This document shows, one piece after another, positions 36,190-45,791 of a stretch of 64,000 nt of DNA (position 1 is the first letter of the stretch; the number at the start of each line of letters is the position of its first letter). The notes under the pieces were generated by a model, which saw nothing but the letters and a program-made list of their open reading frames with translations, had not been told where the DNA came from and did no database searches. Origin of the DNA: Acidobacteriota bacterium. GTDB taxonomy: Bacteria; Acidobacteriota; UBA6911. The position numbers and the translations under genes are program-made. The stretch is from the NCBI GenBank assembly GCA_963664705.1, contig OY761556.1, positions 1,216,001 through 1,280,000 of the forward strand, given 5' to 3'.

Positions 36190-37353
36190 ATGAGAATCGG
36201 TGTCGTGGGTGCACGGGCGGCTGGAGCTTATGCTGCGCAGCTAATGGCGCAGCAGGGGCACGAGGTTTTTCTTTTCGACCACAGCGCCGGTCGTGAAAAG
36301 CCCTGCGGAGGAGGAGTGACCGCAAAAGCGCTCCGCCGGATGCCCTGGTTCCATGTGCAACCGCTCCCGCGCACAGTGATTGAAAAGGTCCGGCTTGTTA
36401 CGCATGACGGCTATGCTGCCGATCTTCCCCTGCCGCATCCGATCCATGTTTTTTCGCGACCCAGCCTGGATAAGCACCTACTGCAATGGGCGGTCGATTC
36501 CGGAGTTCAGTTTCTTCCAGAGCGCGTCCTGAATCTGCATCACGATGGGATGGGTTGGTCTATTGAAACCCATTCCGGTGAAAAGGGCGTGGATTACCTG
36601 GTGGGCGCGGATGGAGTGAACAGCATTGTCCGAGCAAAAATGATCGGGCACTTTCCTGCCTGCGACCTGTCCCTGGCTATCGGATATCACCTGTCCGGTC
36701 TTTTTGATCCGAGAATGCTGCTGATTCATTTTCAGGAGAGCGGATTTCGGGGCTACTTGTGGTCTTTTCCCCGCGTTAATCACTCGACGGTCGGAATACT
36801 CCAATCGCTTGCGGGAACAAAGGTGGCGGATTTGAAGCAGCGGGTGGAGAACCTTATCGACGCAAGGTACCCCAATTCCGACTCTCAGCGGACATTCTAC
36901 GCAGCCAGGATCCCATGTCTGAGCCGTAAATCCCTGGCTCGACAGCGTGTGTGTGGAGACAATTGGGCCCTTTTGGGCGATGCTGCAGGATTCAATGATG
37001 CCATCACCGCCGAGGGAATCTATTATGCATTGCGCTCCGCCGAGCTTTTGTCTGAATCGCTGAGACGTCGGGATCCGCGAAGCTACGAAACAGCCTGGCG
37101 AGAGGATTTCGGCGCCGAATTGCAGAGCGCGGCAGCCTGGAGAGATCGGTTTTATGGCGGCATGGTGTTATCCCGCACCTTCATCCGCCGGGCGCTGCAA
37201 ACGGTCCGATACAGCGAAATTGTACGCAGATTGCTGGATAACCTCATTGCGGGGAATATTTCCTATAATTCCCTGTTTCGCCGCCTCGCCTTCCAATCGC
37301 CCCTCATCATCCGGCAAGGCTTTCGCAATAAGTCCCAAATTTCAAAGGCATAG
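36190..37353 (+). CDS. Geranylgeranyl-reductase-family FAD-dependent oxidoreductase
   Basis: GVVGA.AAG, EKPCGGG, VGADG, GYLWSFP, LGDAAG..DAIT.EGIYYAL.S. Confidence 0.85.
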   Translation: MRIGVVGARAAGAYAAQLMAQQGHEVFLFDHSAGREKPCGGGVTAKALRRMPWFHVQPLPRTVIEKVRLVTHDGYAADLPLPHPIHVFSRPSLDKHLLQWAVDSGVQFLPERVLNLHHDGMGWSIETHSGEKGVDYLVGADGVNSIVRAKMIGHFPACDLSLAIGYHLSGLFDPRMLLIHFQESGFRGYLWSFPRVNHSTVGILQSLAGTKVADLKQRVENLIDARYPNSDSQRTFYAARIPCLSRKSLARQRVCGDNWALLGDAAGFNDAITAEGIYYALRSAELLSESLRRRDPRSYETAWREDFGAELQSAAAWRDRFYGGMVLSRTFIRRALQTVRYSEIVRRLLDNLIAGNISYNSLFRRLAFQSPLIIRQGFRNKSQISKA

Positions 37354-37448
37354 CGGAACAATCTCCCCAATTTGCGAAATCCCCGGCTGGATGCCGGGTT
37401 CGTTTGCCTTCACGAATTTTGGGCCGCTTCATACTTGAACGAGCTTGA

Positions 37449-38600
<1,152 letters not shown>

Positions 38601-38692
38601 GTCCCATGTTCTCCGGTCTCGGTCGTGCAGTTCCAGCCCATTTAAATTTTCCTCCCGAATTGCACTGAGGGATAAAAAAAGAAAAGGTATAA

Positions 38693-39001
38693 ATGGAACA
38701 ACCTATTCTGATGTTGCAGACTCAAGCTCAGAATCCGTTGATTTCTTTTCTGCCGATTCTGATCGTCGGCGTTATCTTTTACCTCCTGATCTTCATGCCT
38801 ATGAGAAAGAGGCAGAAGAAGATGGAGACGATGATTTCCGAAATCAAGAACGGTGACAGAGTAATCACGAGTTCGGGCATTTACGGTGTTGTGGCGGGCG
38901 TTAAGGACAAAACCTTCATTCTCAAGATTGCCGACCAGGTGAAGATTGAGATTGCCAAGAGCGCCGTTGCAGGTCTCCAAGGTCCCGAGGAGACCCAGTA
39001 G
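38693..39001 (+). CDS. yajC: Preprotein translocase subunit YajC
   Basis: One TM helix, GDRVIT..GIYG; tgt-yajC-secDF synteny. Confidence 0.95.
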   Translation: MEQPILMLQTQAQNPLISFLPILIVGVIFYLLIFMPMRKRQKKMETMISEIKNGDRVITSSGIYGVVAGVKDKTFILKIADQVKIEIAKSAVAGLQGPEETQ

Positions 39002-39111
39002 CCACATAGAGCGGGCAGATCCCAACAGGATCCGGGATTATTGCTTTTGTGAATCCGGCATCCTGCCTCGGGCGTCTTCCCCTAAATTGCGAACCACTGC
39101 TTAGGTGACTT

Positions 39112-40722
39112 ATGCAGAAGAATTTGAAATGGAAGCTCATCCTGGTGCTTGTGTTGATGGCGATCTGCATCTATTTCTTCGTTAGTCCGAAGGAAAAAGG
39201 TGCTCCGCTTTTGTCCAGGATTAATTTGGGTCTCGATCTGAAGGGTGGAATTCACCTTGTCCTGCGGGTAATGACGGATGACGCGCTGAATCGCGAGCTT
39301 CTACAGGATTCCGATCGGATTGCGCAGGAAATGAAGTCCAAGAATATTGCCTACACCAGCTCCAAAAAGGGGAATGGTTATACCGTCGAAGTGGCGGGAG
39401 TCGATTCCACCAGGGAAAACGAAGTGCGGGCATATCTCGATACGACCTATGGTCGGAAATATGCGGTACGCAGCTCTGTCTCGGAAGGCAAAACGAATTT
39501 CAGCCTGAGCATGGCGGCGTCCTATATCCGCGAAACCAAGGAATCCACCGTGCGGCAGGCGCTTGAAACGATTCGACGCAGAGTGGATGCACTGGGAGTC
39601 GCGGAGCCAAGCCTCCAGATTTACGGCGGAAGCGGCGACGAAGTTCAGGATCAGATTATTGTGGAACTTCCGGGAATTGATGATCCCGACCGCGTAAAAG
39701 GACTTTTGGAGAACACCGCTCAGCTCGAGCTTCGCCTGGTTAAAAAAGATCAGGGCGGCCCATTCTCCAGCATCGAGTCGGCGGTTCAGGCCAATGGCGG
39801 AACCATCTCCGATGAATACTCGATCCTTCCCTATCGCGAAGACAAAAGCGATCAGAGCCAACTGGAATACCTGGTCATCAGCAAAGTCCCGGTCATTACC
39901 GGAAAGGATCTGAAAACCGCACGCCAGAGCACCGATTCCAATGGCGCGCCGGCCGTCAGCTTCTTCCTGACATCGGATGGAGCCCAGCTGTTTTCGAGAG
40001 CAACCGAGCAGCACATCGGCGAAAGGCTGGCGATCGTTCTGGATAACGTCGTCAGTTCCGCTCCCACGATTCAGGACCGGATCAGTGCCGAGGGTATCAT
40101 TCATGGCCGCTTCACCATGCAACAGGCCAATGACCTTGCCCTGCTGCTGCGATCGGGTGCGCTGCCGGCATCGCTCCGCATTGAGCATGATCAGAGCGTC
40201 GGTGCTTCATTAGGAAATGACTCGATCCGTTCCGGCATTATGGCCTCTATGATCGGGTTTGGCCTGGTTGTGATCATCATGATCGTGTACTACAAGCACT
40301 CCGGTTTGAACGCGATCTGGTGCCTCCTGGGCAATCTGATTATCCTGATGGGGTTCATGGGCGTGGTCGGTGCAACCCTGACATTGCCCGGTATTGCCGG
40401 AGTCATTCTGACAATCGGTATGGCGGTAGACTCCAACATCCTCATTTTTGAGAGGATCCGTGAAGAGCTGAGAGCCGGCAAAACCGTGCGGGCCGCCATC
40501 GATACAGGTTTCAGCAAAGTGTTCTGGACGATTCTCGACACCCACCTTACGACGCTGATTTCTGCCGCATTCCTGTTCCAATTCGGGACCGGTCCGATCC
40601 GAGGGTTTGCAGTTACCCTGACCGTTGGGCTTCTGGCGAATGTGTTTACGGCTGTCTGGGTATCGCATCGACTGTTTGAATCGATGCTGGGTAATCGCAG
40701 AGTTGAGGCATTGTCAATTTAG
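39112..40722 (+). CDS. secD: Protein translocase subunit SecD
   Basis: LGLDLKGG, IVELPG, LLRSGALP, GMAVDSNILIFERIREE. Confidence 0.97.
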   Translation: MQKNLKWKLILVLVLMAICIYFFVSPKEKGAPLLSRINLGLDLKGGIHLVLRVMTDDALNRELLQDSDRIAQEMKSKNIAYTSSKKGNGYTVEVAGVDSTRENEVRAYLDTTYGRKYAVRSSVSEGKTNFSLSMAASYIRETKESTVRQALETIRRRVDALGVAEPSLQIYGGSGDEVQDQIIVELPGIDDPDRVKGLLENTAQLELRLVKKDQGGPFSSIESAVQANGGTISDEYSILPYREDKSDQSQLEYLVISKVPVITGKDLKTARQSTDSNGAPAVSFFLTSDGAQLFSRATEQHIGERLAIVLDNVVSSAPTIQDRISAEGIIHGRFTMQQANDLALLLRSGALPASLRIEHDQSVGASLGNDSIRSGIMASMIGFGLVVIIMIVYYKHSGLNAIWCLLGNLIILMGFMGVVGATLTLPGIAGVILTIGMAVDSNILIFERIREELRAGKTVRAAIDTGFSKVFWTILDTHLTTLISAAFLFQFGTGPIRGFAVTLTVGLLANVFTAVWVSHRLFESMLGNRRVEALSI

Positions 40723-40792
40723 GGGAACTTTAGGGCGCCGGATGGTGTCCATATGAAGGACAAAATCCGGTAAGTCCATCCGAGGGATTTTT

Positions 40793-41989
40793 GTGGAAAT
40801 CTTTAAACAGATCTCGATCGATTGGTTGAGCAAGAAATGGTGGTTCTTCGGTCTCTCCTGGTTGCTGATTGCGCTGGGAGCTATCGGATATGTCACGCAT
40901 GGCGGTTTGAGCTACGGAATTGATTTCACAGGCGGAACGGTCATTCAGGCTAAATTCGCAGAAAAGCCAGATTTGGATGCGCTCCGGAGTGCATTGAAAA
41001 CCGAGGCGAAATCGCCGCCATTGATTCAAAGCTATGGCGACCCGGCAGCGAATGAAGTGCAGATCCGGATGCAGATGATTCCAGGCTCTGAGAAGGGGAC
41101 AGAATCTGGACGCGGAGCCGTTCTGGCCTTGATGCGGAAGGCATTCGATAAGGATCACGTGAACAGCAGCCAGGCCGACTTCAACAACATTGGCGCGGAT
41201 GCGCTGTACAAGACTCTGCTGGGAGCGGATCCGGACAACCTGCGCAACCAGGGAAAGACGACGCAGGAAATCGATACGTATTACGGCAACCTGGCGAAAT
41301 CCCTGAAAAATTTCCGGGATACGACGCGAGGCGGGCTGGTCCAGTCTCTGGATGATTTGAAAAATGCTCCCGGGGTTACGGATGCCGTGATTGCCAAGCT
41401 GAAGGCTGACTTTTTTGCAGGCCGACTGGCAATTAAAGCCTATGAAAATGTAAGCGCCGTGGTTGGGTCGGATTTGAGACGCCGGGCAATGCTTGCCGTG
41501 GGGCTTTCGTTCCTGGGTATGCTTGTGTATGTGGGATTCCGGTTCAAGCCGATTTACGGCGTGGCCGCGGTAGTTGCGCTGTTCCATGACTTGGCTGTAA
41601 CACTAGGTTTGTTTGCGCTTACGCAGAAGGAAATATCCCTGACGGTAATTGCGGCGCTATTGACCCTTGTCGGTTATTCCATGAACGATACCATCGTCGT
41701 GTTTGACCGTGTTCGTGAAAATCTCAGGGTTGTTCGCAAGGAATCTCTATTCAAGATTCTGAATATGAGTATTAACCAGACTTTTGCCCGGACATTGCTG
41801 ACATCGCTTACGACGTTTGTCTCTGTCTGTGCTTTGTTTCTGTTTGGTGGAGAGGTCCTCAACGGTTTTTCATTTGCATTGACCGTCGGGATCCTGATCG
41901 GCACCTATTCCTCGATTGCTATTGCATCTCCCATCGTGGAATGGTGGTATCGCTCTATTGACCAGAAGTCAAAAAATAAGGCCGCATAG
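40793..41989 (+). CDS. secF: Protein translocase subunit SecF
   Basis: GIDFTGG, ALFHD, GYSMNDTIVVFDRVREN, GTYSS. Confidence 0.97.
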   Translation: MEIFKQISIDWLSKKWWFFGLSWLLIALGAIGYVTHGGLSYGIDFTGGTVIQAKFAEKPDLDALRSALKTEAKSPPLIQSYGDPAANEVQIRMQMIPGSEKGTESGRGAVLALMRKAFDKDHVNSSQADFNNIGADALYKTLLGADPDNLRNQGKTTQEIDTYYGNLAKSLKNFRDTTRGGLVQSLDDLKNAPGVTDAVIAKLKADFFAGRLAIKAYENVSAVVGSDLRRRAMLAVGLSFLGMLVYVGFRFKPIYGVAAVVALFHDLAVTLGLFALTQKEISLTVIAALLTLVGYSMNDTIVVFDRVRENLRVVRKESLFKILNMSINQTFARTLLTSLTTFVSVCALFLFGGEVLNGFSFALTVGILIGTYSSIAIASPIVEWWYRSIDQKSKNKAA

Positions 41990-42070
41990 TGAAACTTATG
42001 TGGATGATGTTGTTGGTGAGAACTGCTCAAAGGTTTGAGAATCTTGGGAATGCGGGCAGCGAGAATTGTC

Positions 42071-42107
42071 TTGACAGTTTTTTGGACCCGATATTAAGAT
42101 CGGGTCC
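42071..42107 (+). promoter_or_regulatory. sigma70 promoter of the tonB operon with a palindrome over the -10
   Basis: TTGACA-N18-TAAGAT; GGACCCGAT-ATTAAG-ATCGGGTCC at 42084-42107. Confidence 0.6.
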
Positions 42108-42173
42108 TCATTTTGTCACCGCAGCAGGCCCAGCCCAATTCTCAGGACCACGGGCAGTTTACGAGGGGGACAC

Positions 42174-42926
42174 ATGTTTGAAGATGTAGACCAAATGAAT
42201 CAATCGGATGGCTTAAAGCGAGTTTCTTCGCTAGTCGTTTCGATCATACTGCATTTCGTGCTGATCATAACCGTGATCATCATGCCGCTCGTTTTTTTCA
42301 ATGTGTTACCGGAAAGCGAGCTCCTCACGTTTTTGATTGCGCCACCGCCGCCACCACCACCGCCCCCACCGCCACCGCCACCGCCGACTAATGTGAGAAC
42401 ACAGCCGAAGGTTGCCGTGGTTGATCCAAACCAGTTCGTCGCCCCCACCGAAATTCCGAAAGAAATTCCACCTCCAGTTGATGAAGCGCCCGTTATCGGG
42501 GTCAGCAATATCGTCGGTGGAATTCCGGGCGGAGTTGCCGGAGGAGTGACAGGAGGGGTCCCGGGTGGAATCGTAGGCAATTTACTTTCAGGCGCAGCGC
42601 CGGTCGCGCCGCCACCACCACCGAAGCCGGTGAAACGTGATCCGATCAAAGTCGGTGGCAACGTACAGGAATCCAAACTTATCAGGAAAGTCGAACCGAT
42701 TTATCCTGAACTTGCAAAACGCGCACGTGTTCAGGGCAGAGTCGTTCTCGTCGTAACTGTTGACGAAGAAGGCAACGTTTCTGATATCAAGGTTTCCAAT
42801 GGTCATCCTTTACTGGATGAGGCTGCGATTACTGCCGTGAAACAGTGGAAGTACTCTCCGACACTGCTGAATGGAGAGCCGGTCCCTGTGATCGCTACCG
42901 TGACTGTAATTTTTAACTTGAAATAG
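42174..42926 (+). CDS. tonB: Energy transducer TonB
   Basis: TM helix with S...H motif, poly-Pro linker, P.YPELAK.ARVQG.V TonB C-domain. Confidence 0.92.
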   Translation: MFEDVDQMNQSDGLKRVSSLVVSIILHFVLIITVIIMPLVFFNVLPESELLTFLIAPPPPPPPPPPPPPPPTNVRTQPKVAVVDPNQFVAPTEIPKEIPPPVDEAPVIGVSNIVGGIPGGVAGGVTGGVPGGIVGNLLSGAAPVAPPPPPKPVKRDPIKVGGNVQESKLIRKVEPIYPELAKRARVQGRVVLVVTVDEEGNVSDIKVSNGHPLLDEAAITAVKQWKYSPTLLNGEPVPVIATVTVIFNLK

Positions 42927-42962
42927 TTTTCCCCAAATATCAAATCGGAGGTTAGAAATTCG

Positions 42963-43643
42963 ATGGGACAAATCAATATCGTAGAGCTGTGGAGTTCAAT
43001 GGGCGGGATCGCCAAGGGTGTTGTGATCCTTCTTCTCATTCTGTCGGCCTACTCGATCAGTGTCATGGTTGAGCGGTGGCTTACATTTCGTCAGGCTCGC
43101 AAACAATCCAGACTGTTCACCCCGGCAGTAGCAGAATGCTTGAAAGATGGAAAACTGGACGAAGCCATTTCTCTCGGCGAACAATACAACAAAAGCCATC
43201 TGGCCAAGGTTCTCGTGTCCGGATTGCATGAACTCCAGGCTCACAAAAAGAGCAATGACATTCCTGGTGAAACCATTGAGGCTTCCCGGCGCGCTCTTGA
43301 GAGAGCAACCGCAGTCTGCATCGAAGACCTGAAGAGAGGTCTTGGCGGATTGGCAACAATCGGTTCGACGGCTCCTTTCGTGGGTCTGTTCGGAACCACC
43401 ATCGGTATCATCAACGCGTTCACCGGTATGAAGACTGAAGAAACAGCCGGTATCGCAGCGGTCGCCGGCGGTATCGCTGAAGCGCTCGTCACCACCGCAT
43501 TCGGTCTGCTCGTCGCGGTCCCCGCAGTGTGGGCGTACAACGCATTTACAAACAGAGTGGAAACATTCACGGTTGAGATGGATAACTCTTCTTCAGAGCT
43601 GATCGATTATTTCTTGAAGAAACGGAGCGATGCTCGTGGCTAA
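42963..43643 (+). CDS. exbB: MotA/TolQ/ExbB proton channel
   Basis: LATIGSTAPFVGLFGT..GII.AF, GIAEALVTTAFGL. Confidence 0.92.
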   Translation: MGQINIVELWSSMGGIAKGVVILLLILSAYSISVMVERWLTFRQARKQSRLFTPAVAECLKDGKLDEAISLGEQYNKSHLAKVLVSGLHELQAHKKSNDIPGETIEASRRALERATAVCIEDLKRGLGGLATIGSTAPFVGLFGTTIGIINAFTGMKTEETAGIAAVAGGIAEALVTTAFGLLVAVPAVWAYNAFTNRVETFTVEMDNSSSELIDYFLKKRSDARG

Positions 43644-44055
43644 ACACAGATCAAAAAGCAGTGTGGTCGCTGACATCAACGTCACGCCAATGGCGGATGT
43701 CATGCTGGTGCTGCTGATCATCTTCATGATCACGACACCCCTACTGCAGAGCGGTATCACCGTGAACCTTCCCAAGGCTAAGAACCCTCTGGATGCTCCA
43801 GAGGCGGATAGCAAGGAAGCGGTGGTCGTTGCCATGAATCGCGAGGGGAGACTCTTTCTCGCAAAGAAGCAGATCAGTGAACAGGATCTGTACGAATTTC
43901 TCCTCAAGAAGTTTTCAAGTGGCGAGATTAACCGTACCATTTTCCTGAAAGCGGATACGGCTTTGGCCTATGGCCGCGTCGTGGAAATTGTCAACGGTTG
44001 CCGCAGGTCGGGAGTCGAACGCATCGGCTTGATGGCTGAAAAAGAAAAGGAATAG
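43630..44055 (+). CDS. exbD: ExbD/TolR family protein 1
   Basis: DINVTPMADVMLVLLIIFMI, KAD...YG.V. Confidence 0.9.
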   Translation: MLVAKHRSKSSVVADINVTPMADVMLVLLIIFMITTPLLQSGITVNLPKAKNPLDAPEADSKEAVVVAMNREGRLFLAKKQISEQDLYEFLLKKFSSGEINRTIFLKADTALAYGRVVEIVNGCRRSGVERIGLMAEKEKE

Positions 44056-44290
44056 AAAGTAAACACCTCTGATTCGTCAGGGGTGTTTACTGCAGTTGTC
44101 GGCAGTTCAGGACTTTGCCTTCTGTAATAATCGACAATCCGGCTGTCGGGCTGGCAGTGCCGAGTAGATCGGTCTGCTGGCACAATAGCCGGCGGTGTCC
44201 GGGGCGGTATCAGAAATAGCGCTCCGCCTGCGTCGACCAATCAGAACAGCAATAAGGAAAAGTTGATAAGCCTGACTGTTGTAAACGAGA
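44056..44290 (+). other. Highly structured intergenic RNA segment (candidate cis-regulatory element or ncRNA)
   Basis: 15-bp stem with TTCG loop (44058-44091), long hairpin 44139-44192 and further stems; no sense ORF in the track. Confidence 0.45.
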
Positions 44291-44302
44291 GAGGGATCCA
44301 CT

Positions 44303-44722
44303 ATGTCAATGCAAGTTGGTACCAAGGGAGGGCCCAAGTCGGATATCAATATTACCCCATATATTGATATTCTGCTCGTGCTCCTCATCATTTTCATGGT
44401 CATCACGCCCGTTCGTCAGATGGACTTGGACGTTAAAGTGCCTCAGACTTCTGATGACTCTGCTAACAAGAATACTGCTATTGATCCCAGCGTGATTGTC
44501 GTTTCAGTCGGTGAATCCGCGCAGATCGCGATCAACAACGAACAAACGACGATCTCCCAATTGGGATCTAAGCTCCAGGAGATCTACAGCAAGCGGGCGA
44601 ACAAGAATATGTTCATCAGCGCTAGTGCAAAGTTGCCTTATGGTGATGTGGTCCGAGTGATCGATATCGCCAAAGGGGCCGGTGTGGGAGATGTCGGTTT
44701 GCTAACGGAAGAAATCCGTTAG
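44303..44722 (+). CDS. exbD: ExbD/TolR family protein 2
   Basis: DINITPYIDILLVLLIIFMV, YGDVV.VID.AK.AG. Confidence 0.9.
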   Translation: MSMQVGTKGGPKSDINITPYIDILLVLLIIFMVITPVRQMDLDVKVPQTSDDSANKNTAIDPSVIVVSVGESAQIAINNEQTTISQLGSKLQEIYSKRANKNMFISASAKLPYGDVVRVIDIAKGAGVGDVGLLTEEIR

Positions 44723-44768
44723 GACGCCCAAACTCGCACTCAATTTAACTTATAGAATGGAGGCCACA

Positions 44769-45575
44769 ATGAGGCTCAATTCGAAGTGGCTAGCCGTCCT
44801 GCTTATTCTGGCAATGGTTCCTTTGGCGGGTTGCAGTTTTATGAACAAACTGCAGGCCAGGGACAAGCTGAATAAGGGAGTCAAGGCGTTTACCGATCAG
44901 AAGTACGATGCCGCCGCCCAATTCTTCGAACAGGCTGTAGAATTGGACCCGGATTTCGAAACTTCCAGAATGTATCTGGCGACCTCTTATACGTCCCAGT
45001 TCATTCCCGGTTCCTCCGATCCTAAAAGCGAAGAGATGGCCAAAAAAGGCATCGAAACCTTTAAACAGGTGGTAGAGAACGCCAAGGATCCGGCTAACCC
45101 CAACAAAAAGACTGCGATGCTCAGCATCGCCAGCCTTTATTACCAGTTGAAGAAGTACCCCGAATCCAAGGAATGGTGCAATAACGTTCTTAAAATCGAT
45201 CCTCAGAATGCGGAAGCTTACTACCGCATCGCTGTTATCGATTTTGACGATTCTTTGGAGAAGACGGGTGTCCAGGGCGAATTGGTTGAGATGATGACAC
45301 CGGAAGAGAGAACAAGGGTCGTAACCGGTATCGATGAAGGTGTTGCCAGCCTCGCCAAGGCGCTTGAAATACGCCCGACGTACTTCGACGCAATGGAATA
45401 TCAGAACCTTCTCTGGAGAGAAAAAGCCAAGTTTGAAAAAGATGAGGCCAAGAAGGCTGATCTGATCCGCCAGGCAGATCTGGTTTCGCAGAAGGCTCTT
45501 GCTCTGAAGCTGAAAGCTCAGCAGGAAGAGGCTGCGGCACCGAAAAAGCTCGGTGGGCTGGGCAAAAAGCAGTAA
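44769..45575 (+). CDS. TPR-repeat lipoprotein
   Basis: GGAGG RBS; lipobox LAGC; TPR helices (AVELDP, LKIDP..AEAYY, ALEIRP.Y.DAM). Confidence 0.85.
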   Translation: MRLNSKWLAVLLILAMVPLAGCSFMNKLQARDKLNKGVKAFTDQKYDAAAQFFEQAVELDPDFETSRMYLATSYTSQFIPGSSDPKSEEMAKKGIETFKQVVENAKDPANPNKKTAMLSIASLYYQLKKYPESKEWCNNVLKIDPQNAEAYYRIAVIDFDDSLEKTGVQGELVEMMTPEERTRVVTGIDEGVASLAKALEIRPTYFDAMEYQNLLWREKAKFEKDEAKKADLIRQADLVSQKALALKLKAQQEEAAAPKKLGGLGKKQ

Positions 45576-45598
45576 CAACTCCAGAATATCTGAATATG

Positions 45599-45632
45599 AA
45601 AAGGGGCGGGAATTTTTTCGCCCCTTTTTTTA
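45599..45632 (+). terminator. Rho-independent terminator of the tonB operon
   Basis: AAAAGGGGCGGGA...TTCGCCCC followed by a T-run. Confidence 0.8.
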
Positions 45633-45791
45633 TGCGTGGACCATCGGACGTGCCCGTGCCCTCTCCCATGGGAGATGGCGATTGTGCGGCGCGCCATCTC
45701 AAATCGTGGCCGTCCAGGACTTCCTGTCGGTCAATGGCCCTTTCGCGATTCGCCCGATGTATCCTATAATCATCGTGAGCACACGATTTCA

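Noticed and set aside
42343-42390. (CCR)n repeat
   Set aside because: Encodes the normal poly-proline linker of TonB.
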